From positions 287,337-351,336 of the forward strand of contig BDGG01000010.1 of NCBI GenBank assembly GCA_001949185.1: 64,000 nucleotides of DNA. The letters are read 5' to 3'. Positions 56,655 through 64,000 of the stretch are shown in pieces. Source of the DNA: Ramazzottius varieornatus. Lineage: Eukaryota > Animalia > Tardigrada. Position numbers and translations under genes: made by a program. Under the pieces are notes generated by a model. That model did not search any database. It saw only the letters and a program-made list of their open reading frames with translations, and had not been told where the DNA came from. Within the stretch, counting starts at the first letter, position 1. Each line of letters opens with the position of its first letter.

Positions 56655-57561
56655 TTATGCCTTTGATCTCGTGGTGTCTATGCTACCCTATATTCTTTTG
56701 GCTTTTGTCTTACGTTTTAACATGAAGCTGTTGGAGTTTTACTGTAGCTTTCGTTTCGTGCATATGTTTTATTTTGTGTTAGAAGTTTCCTTGTCTTTCA
56801 TGAAAAGACATGTTTTTACCTCTACGGACGGAGCAATACTTTCCTTGTTCGTCATCTGCGCTTTAAGTTTACTGCTCGATTGCTACTGTACATTCTCATC
56901 TGTTTCGTGGAAATGGAAGGATGTGCTCATATGCGTTTGACGCAGTAGACAGTAAACTCCTATCCCTTTTTAAGCCCATGCGGAAAGCGGAAAGGAGGAG
57001 AGCTGGGAGGCATGAGGTGAATGACGTCATGGCATTTTAGTCGTTTACGACTTGCTTGATAAACTCACTTGATTCACGACTAGAAAATGAGTCAAGCACC
57101 ATTGATCTCCTGAGTTCCACCAGGGAAATCCTGACGTTCATTCTCCCGAATCTTGTTGAGTTCGAACTGCAGATGAGAACTTTATGTGTCTGAAACTCTG
57201 AGCATCGCCCGTCGTACCCAACTATTATATAAAATTAAATCCTCCTCGGGAACTCATACTATAGTACCAAAGTTGGATATATCGCAGCGACTCGCGCACG
57301 ATTGGATTCCATCACTGCGAATCTTGGTAAGCTCTTCCTTCCGAACTCAAATTTTCAGTGTTATGCTAGGATTTCGTGTGTGAATGACAAAGACAGTTGC
57401 GGGCTGTGTGCTTCCTCACCGTGCGTTAAGCACGAAAGATGTCAGCGCTAGCGGAAATGCTACTATCCAAGTCAAGTGTCGCATCGCTCTGCTCACTTTC
57501 GTATATTTTTTGCAGGGATCTTGGGCCATATTTGTTTTTCTTGACGGCCCGTCTTACCCCA

Positions 57562-59026
57562 ATGGAACCACGAGAACGTCGTTCGAGCGCGGCGCTGCTT
57601 CGTCCAGCCACGGCAACCCCATCCTCTCCGACTGGCGCGCCCGTCTACGTGCACATCTATGATCTCTTCTGGACAAATAACTACACGTACAACCTTGGAG
57701 TAGGCTTCTACCATTCCGGAGTAGAGGTTTACGGCCGGGAATTTGGCTTCGGCGGACATCCATTTGCATTCAGTGGTCTCTTCGAAAAAGTCCCCAAAGA
57801 CGTTGACGAACTAGGTACTAAAATATTGTTCATATTTACAGTACACGCGGCTGCCTAATTATTGGTCTGGACAAAATTTCTGGCCACTGATTTCCGAATT
57901 AGCAACTCCGCCAGCTGTATTCGCTTGCGGCTGAAACTGAACTGGTTTCACCACACATTATCGCTTTACCTACACGAACAACCAAACGTTTGCAGAGATC
58001 TTCTCAATCATCGTAGATCTGGTTTCCTTCTATATGCTTGGTTTTTTTGCTAGGAAAATGCAGCTCTGATGGTAAATCAACGTTAAAACTTGACTTTTCT
58101 CGCCGGAAATGCCTTTACTTAGGCAATCCACCACCTTATGAAGGCAACCGCAGGACTGCCTTCTTCAGGCTATCCTACGTATACTTCCGCTGTCTCTTGC
58201 TCTTAAGACCTTCCGGCATATTCCAGGCTAACCTCCCTCAAGACGGGAAAAGAAGTACGAAATAAGAAACGAAATCTGAAATGACACTGTATTCCACATA
58301 TTTCACTGCGAAATTTTACTTTTGACGTCACAGGGCTAGTTTCTGCTACGACATAACAATCTCTGCGTCAAACTGCCGCCAGCCCGTCCGGCCAGAAATT
58401 TTGTCCAGCCCACTAATTAGGCCAGCCGCGTGTATTCAAATTTACAGTATGCAAAAGAAGGCGGAGTGTGTTCTGCGCAGCCTGCTTTGTTCATAGTAGT
58501 ACCGCCTCTTCTACGTGCGCGTTGAGGTTAGTAGACCAGTCAAAATATTCGGTTTGATCTTCATTGCTTTACCGTAGGTCCCAACTTCCGCTACAAGGAA
58601 ACCGTTCTCCTCGGTCACACCGACTTCTCCTCTTCCGACATCGACGAGATGATGTCCGCCCTAGCGCAAGAATGGCACGGGAATACTTATCACCTCGTCA
58701 CGCGGAACTGTAACCACTTCACACAGCATCTCTGCCCACTGCTGTGCGGTCAAGAAGCTCCCGGGTGGATCAACCGTCTAGCCAACGCCTCTTCCAGACT
58801 ACCCTCCTTCGTCACACGATGTCTGCCCCGAGAGTGGCTGATCCCTGTCGCGGTTGACCTGACCATCGAAGACATGCTGGGCCACAATGTCCCTGTAGAG
58901 CAGCTCAAGAATATCACCTTCTGCAACAAGATTCCTCCTCAACTGTGTTCGCACGCGAGTACCCCAACCTCACCTTCAGCTCATTCTCACTGGCAGAATA
59001 ATTTCAACAGTAGATCCAGCTCATGA
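57562..59026 (+). CDS. DESI2: PPPDE-family desumoylating/deubiquitinating isopeptidase, 2 exons
   Basis: VYVHIYDL...GFYHSGVEVYGREFGFGGHPF (catalytic His) and YHLVTRNCNHF (catalytic Cys). An upstream in-frame ATG at 57439 is possible. Confidence 0.93.
57844..58432. mobile_element. TA-flanked MITE with CACGCGGCTG termini in the DESI2 intron (589 bp)
   Basis: About 42-bp TIR CACGCGGCTG(G)CCTAATTA(T/G)TGG(T/G)CTGGACAAAATTTCTGGCC; TA on both sides. Confidence 0.85.
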
Positions 59027-60219
59027 AGGTGGCAATTTTGACACTTTTTTAACCTGGAAGATTACGGTGTAATTCACGCTCAAGCGAGTCAGGTCTCGTG
59101 AACAACATCTTCTCATCCCTTCGAATCTTCGTCGTTTCCCTGCTTTCCTATTCTCCTGATGTGTCTTCGGTGCAGACTACGTTGTGTTTTTTATCTTGCC
59201 AATCGCAAAACTTTGCTGCTAAGAATTTTTTTTAAAGTAGAGCATGCTGCTTTTCCGGTAGTAAGGTCCTTCAGTGTGAAATCTGACAGCTTGCCGCACT
59301 GTACCCAGTGACACAAGATTATAGAATTAATGCGCTCCATGTGCGAGCTTTTCCCTAAGGGGATTGGGCTAAGCCAGAGCGTCCTTCCAGGGTCGCACGC
59401 ATCACAGTGACAAGGACGTCGCCCGACAAGCCGGGATCGATTGGAGGGAAGTGAAGCAACGGAGCGGGTAAACTTGTTCGAGTATCTTCCATGATGCTCT
59501 CTTACGCAACCACCCTATTACACCCTGTTAGTGTAAATGCTTGTGCATCCGGCCGAAAGAATTGTAACTGTATACGAACCCACTAGAATGCTTAAGTTTT
59601 TTTATTTTATTGCCACAGGAAGAAGTGTTGGTACAGACGGAGATTTCTCGGAGGCTGAGAACGAAGCAAGGGTGCAAATTCTGCACTCAACTAAAACTAT
59701 TCTTCATCCAGCGGGCTTGCCAACTACCGTAGTTCCTCGGATGTGTACGAATACTGGAAATGCCGTTGGGTATGGGACTTATAGTTGCAGCCATCAATGT
59801 AGTACAGTAATTGGCTCTTAGGGTAGGACGCTGGACGCCGAGACCGAGTTGTACGGCGAGGTGCCGGTGGGTACGCAACTGAAGTTGCGGGTTCGAGAAC
59901 CCGCCTAGAACGAACGACTGCGATACCACGAACGGGCCAGGAGACGCAAGGCAGTTCGCGTCATATCCTCTTGGAAAGACGCACAAGCCGAGCATAAAAA
60001 CTATCAGCGCGGCATTGTCCCATCGACTGTTGATACCAGAATATTTGGTACCAGAAAAAAATCTGGGAGTTGCAGAGCTATTCCGAGCTACCTCCAGCCA
60101 CTTCCGGGAGTGTATGATGGTCAGTAATTACTATTGCAACGCAAGCCTGTTTGACCTATGTTTTGTCACTGATGCCGCAGTGATGTGACAGCTCATCATA
60201 GAACGAGATACATGTATAA

Positions 60220-60455
60220 CTAGCTAGTGGTTCTGACCACTGGAAAGGCCGAGCAAAGGAGGCAAACCATTGTAGAGCGAGCACTTTACTTGTAACTCAC
60301 AGTACGGTTCCCCACTAAAACTTTTAATCGCCCCGATCAAGTGGCGTGTCTTTTTTCAGTACTGTGTTTGGGATATCTGAAAGCTTGAAGAATCTGATCG
60401 TCCATTGAGATCTCGACAGACTTAAAAGAGCCTCGCTTCGCTCGGCCTGGGCACA
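60220..60455 (-). mobile_element. Short Helitron/Helentron-like element, same family end as 21872
   Basis: ACTAGCTAGTGGTTCTGACCACTGGAAAGGCCGAGC matches 21871. The inverted partner GCCTCGCTTCGCTCGGCCT lies at about 60430. Confidence 0.5.
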
Positions 60456-60668
60456 TTGGCTGTACGGAAAAGTCCGATATGGGTGTTGGATTTTGGAACT
60501 GAAATAAAAATTGAAAGAGGAAACGGCTCGAGACAACTCTATCTGTTCCGTTAGACACGATCTACGGTCAACAAAATATTCTGCTTGAAGATTCCAGACA
60601 CGTTGCATTTGGATAATGTTACACGGTTGTGCAGCGGCATGGCCGAATCCATGTCGCTTCTTGGGCGT

Positions 60669-60923
60669 TTACCGGAGTCTTTGTTTTGACTCGTGAGTGG
60701 CCTGGCGCTTTCTCCGTTTGCCGAAGAGTCCGAAGCGTCCGAAAGGAATACCGAACGGACCGAAAGGACCGAAGGGTAAAGGCAGCGGTAATCCAATGGG
60801 AATCGGTAATCCGATGGGAAGAGGCCCAAATCCGCCGAAGAACTGTGCTCTGCAATCTTCCGGTATCAGGGACAAGCTCAGGGTCAACACTACGAGCAGT
60901 ATTACCCGGGATCTGCCCTCCAT
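60669..60923 (-). CDS. Secreted Pro/Gly/Phe-rich peptide precursor (84 aa)
   Basis: AAAA-ATG context, signal peptide ending CRA, mature QFFGG...FGLF, then G-KRRKR. Confidence 0.8.
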   Translation of the reverse strand: MEGRSRVILLVVLTLSLSLIPEDCRAQFFGGFGPLPIGLPIPIGLPLPLPFGPFGPFGIPFGRFGLFGKRRKRQATHESKQRLR

Positions 60924-61659
60924 TTTTGATACACTGTACGGTTGTGCAAAGGATAAATAGAGGAATTAACCGTCGGAGCTGTTTGTTTCCTGGTCAAACC
61001 TCGAACCAGCTGCGCTACTATAGTGGATGTCAAAAAAACTGAGATATTGCTTTCTCAAGCTTGGCTGATTAGCACCCAAAGATCCATCTAAGCGATGCCT
61101 TATATCTTTGTTGTGGTCAACTTGTGTAACAACGGCTCACTTTGGCTTATTGGTTAATCTCTTCCGGTCGAGAAGTCGGTGGTTATGTGGATCATAATGA
61201 GGCTGTAAAATCCCCGTACAAGCAAAGAGCACTCCATTACATGCTGTACTTGTTCGAGAGCAACGCTTGTAGTCCTTTAGTTATATGACGCTTGGTCAAC
61301 GAGAGCCATTTTGTTTCGGACTTGTGTGATGGACACAGGCGAGGGCATGAGAGCTCGTCTATTTTTCACTATTGACTTCCGGTGGACGAACAGATAGATT
61401 TTGCTGCTTATTTGGCATTACGTTTACTCTGCCAAATACATCCATTGAGGAGACACGAAAGAAATCGCACAATAATACAGTGAAGATTCACAGGTGCGTG
61501 CATGATGTCATTGAGAGAGGCATTAGCATTTCTTAAGAATGTTTAATCTGTACAAAAAGCGACCAAATTGATGCCGGTGACACCGTCAATCAAGCTTGCA
61601 TTGTCTAGCCTCACAACGTCAACAAGAGGTCTGATTTATGGGTAGTCTACTTTGATAGC

Positions 61660-63240
61660 CTACATAAAGCGGAGAAGAAATGGCTCTTTCAGCACGGCGT
61701 ACGTGTGCGCCAAGATGGTGTGCTGCTCAAAGTGCTGGACAATGGCCGCAATGGAGTCGAAATGGAAGCTCAGATTGCCGATAACGTAGCTCGAGGAACC
61801 TTTCTCTTTCAGATCCTCCACTTGACGGACGGCGAAGTGGTGGATACTGCTGTCGTGCCGCATGCTCAGTGTCAGCTCTCCTTCCTGCAGAAAACAACAG
61901 AACTAAATACCTATGTACAGCAGTAACCGTGAATACAGTCTTTGAATAGCTTTGGACACAAATCTTACTCTGACAGAGCTTTGCCTGAGCAAGTAGTCGC
62001 CATCTCGTCCAAAGGCCAACAAGAGGAACTGGCAATCCACTCTGTTGAGCTCTCCGTAATAATACGGACAACCATGAAGTAGGTAACTTTGTTTGCCGTT
62101 TGGCTGTAATTTGTTGGGAAGCAGTGGTCGCCAGTAGGTGGTCGGTGTCCATCCTTGTCCATTGTGGAGCGCCACGTAAGACCAGCCGTTGCTGTGACGT
62201 CGCAGCAGTACACCCGCTTGGCCTTTGCGGAAAGACACCGTCCCGGGCATTAAACTGGACAGTGTGTAGCAGGCCATCACAAGCTGTCCCTCCTGCATCG
62301 TCGGACCATCGTTTTGCCCCTTGGTTGTGTTTTGCCCAGCGGCCACTTTCTTCACCAGGTTATCCCTTTTGGGTAACCCGTGATGATCACTCTTTGGGAG
62401 ATATCCTCCGTCTTTCGGGGATACCAAACAGGACTGACTGCGGGTAATCTGATTCGGCCCGTTCATGGCTGCTTTCTTCCTTCTGTCTTCTGTCCCCGAG
62501 CTCTTGATGAAGGCGTTGCTTTCCTTTCCCCTGGCTTCTTCAGCCTTCTCTTTAGAGAAGGAAACTTGTGAATCCGGACCGACGCACTGGATATGTCCGT
62601 AGTCATCGTTGTTTTCCCTTGGCTGGACTTGCCGTACATCGGTTTCATCCAGCTCTCTCGTCATCTGTCTCTGAGGCAAATTCTGGATGGGTGTATGTGA
62701 CTGCGTTTGACACTGCTGTGACAAACGGTGCTGAAGTAAGCTCTCCAGCATTGCGGCTCGGTGTTTGAAGGCCGAAGAAGCCGTTGAATTGACAGTTCTC
62801 GAACAACTCCTGTTCTCCTCGTATTCCCCCACCCGATCAAGGAAGCCTTCGTCGGATGACGAGACGTTACTCTGGACTTTGGTCGAGGCTGCTTTGGGAG
62901 CTGGTTGGTTGGGCTTGGTGGGGGAAGGTGGTTCGCCGTCGGAAGACGAATCTTGTCGTTGAGGCGAGTAGCCGCTGGTGCCCAGTCCTTCGTCGACATC
63001 CTCCTCGTCTTCGGCGAGAGGTGGCATGTGATTTTCGGGCCACGAGCTGTATGTACCGTACGTGACAGCTGGCGGAGCGGTGCCGGTCCTCCGCTGGTGG
63101 CTGAGTGTAGAGGCGTCAGGCAAGACGACTGGACTTTGACATCCGCTGTTATAACCTTCCTCCCTGAAAGCGAAAAGTCTAGATGGTGCTTCATCGCTAC
63201 TTGTAAGGATCAATTTTCTCCACAGAAAGTTGAAACTCAA
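61660..63240 (-). CDS. SH3-SH2 adaptor protein with long disordered N-terminus; 5' exons uncertain (possibly from about 63542)
   Basis: SH3-like VMACYTL...VSFRKGQ...NGWSYV...GWTPTTY, and SH2 PYYYGELNR...DGDYLLRQSS|EGELTLSM...HHFAV...FDSIAAIVQHF split by one intron. Confidence 0.82.
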
Positions 63241-64000
63241 GGGCTGCAGTGCAGTGGGCTATTTAAGACACATGCATCCGAAGAAAGAGGCTTTTGCTGC
63301 GAGTATCTATGACCGAAAGATCGTGGCGCTTGATGAGCCCTGATATTTCGTCCGAAAGACCGATTGTATATGGCCGATATTCTCAAAGAAAGCCCTACTC
63401 ACGGATCTATGTCGGGCCAGCCATTGAGGTAGGAAAATAACGAATCGATATCCCGATGAATCCGGCTGGTTTCCCATTCCGCACCAGCAGGTCCTCCGCA
63501 CCGACTGTTCTTTCCGTTATCCTCCTCGGTGATATCATGCATCCTTCTTTGGCCTGTCAATTTCAAGTTGCAAGTTCGAATTTCCAGATCGGCAAATGAA
63601 CAGTAGAAACGAGTGCTAGGTTTGTGAATCGGTCATACAAAGCGGCGTGGTGAAAGTTACCGCGAAGATTGTTTTACAATAGCAGTTGATCCACTACATG
63701 AGCTTCTGGCTGTGCGAGATAAACTGCCAAATATGGCTTCTCACAAGATTCATACCGTGTGAGCAACCAAGTATCAACAGACTTTATCGCATTATCTAGA
63801 TATACGAACGTCTAATGCCATCAATTCCACCGTCGCCGTCAAGTACCCTCGGCGGGCCGATGAAATAAAGATGGCGTCCGACATAAATGCGCGTTTTGTG
63901 GGGCTTATTCTTACCAAATTAATCGTATTGATCTGAGAACTTTCGCGAGTCATAATTATTGTGACTATGTAGCTGACTGTCGCGTAGCCCAATTGCAGTA

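Noticed and set aside
59340-59470. GC-rich stretch that might be a structured ncRNA
   Set aside because: No tRNA, snRNA or snoRNA hallmarks recognisable by eye.
59687-60020. Possible second small secreted protein on the minus strand
   Set aside because: Weak signal peptide and uncertain start; insufficient support.

Overview
Gene-dense eukaryotic (animal) genomic DNA with short introns and roughly 47-48% GC. Chitin-binding genes plus compact architecture suggest a small-genome ecdysozoan such as a tardigrade (inference only). Spliced genes reconstructed by eye, in order: NAA25 (5' part, -), KANK (+), a small Cys-tailed protein (-), riboflavin kinase (+), two paralogous secreted chitin-binding (CBM14/peritrophin-A) low-complexity proteins (+), SMIM15 (-), a MATH/BTB pseudogene (-), NPAS4/dysfusion bHLH-PAS (-), AP-1/2 beta-adaptin (-), a probable CBARP/BARP homologue (+), a BTB-BACK pseudogene (-), EXTL3 (+), DESI2 (+), a Pro/Gly/Phe-rich amidated peptide precursor (-) and an SH3-SH2 protein (-). 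Non-coding DNA holds several MITEs (TA-flanked and Harbinger-like), Helitron-like ends and a 5'-truncated LINE. The most striking unexplained structure is a dispersed, mostly intronic palindrome, CAAGTGGCGCAC-N25-GTGCGCCACTTG (12 copies at 9 loci). Its arms and 25-nt spacer length are conserved while the spacer sequence is not. Exon boundaries are manual and gene names come from motif recognition, not database searches.
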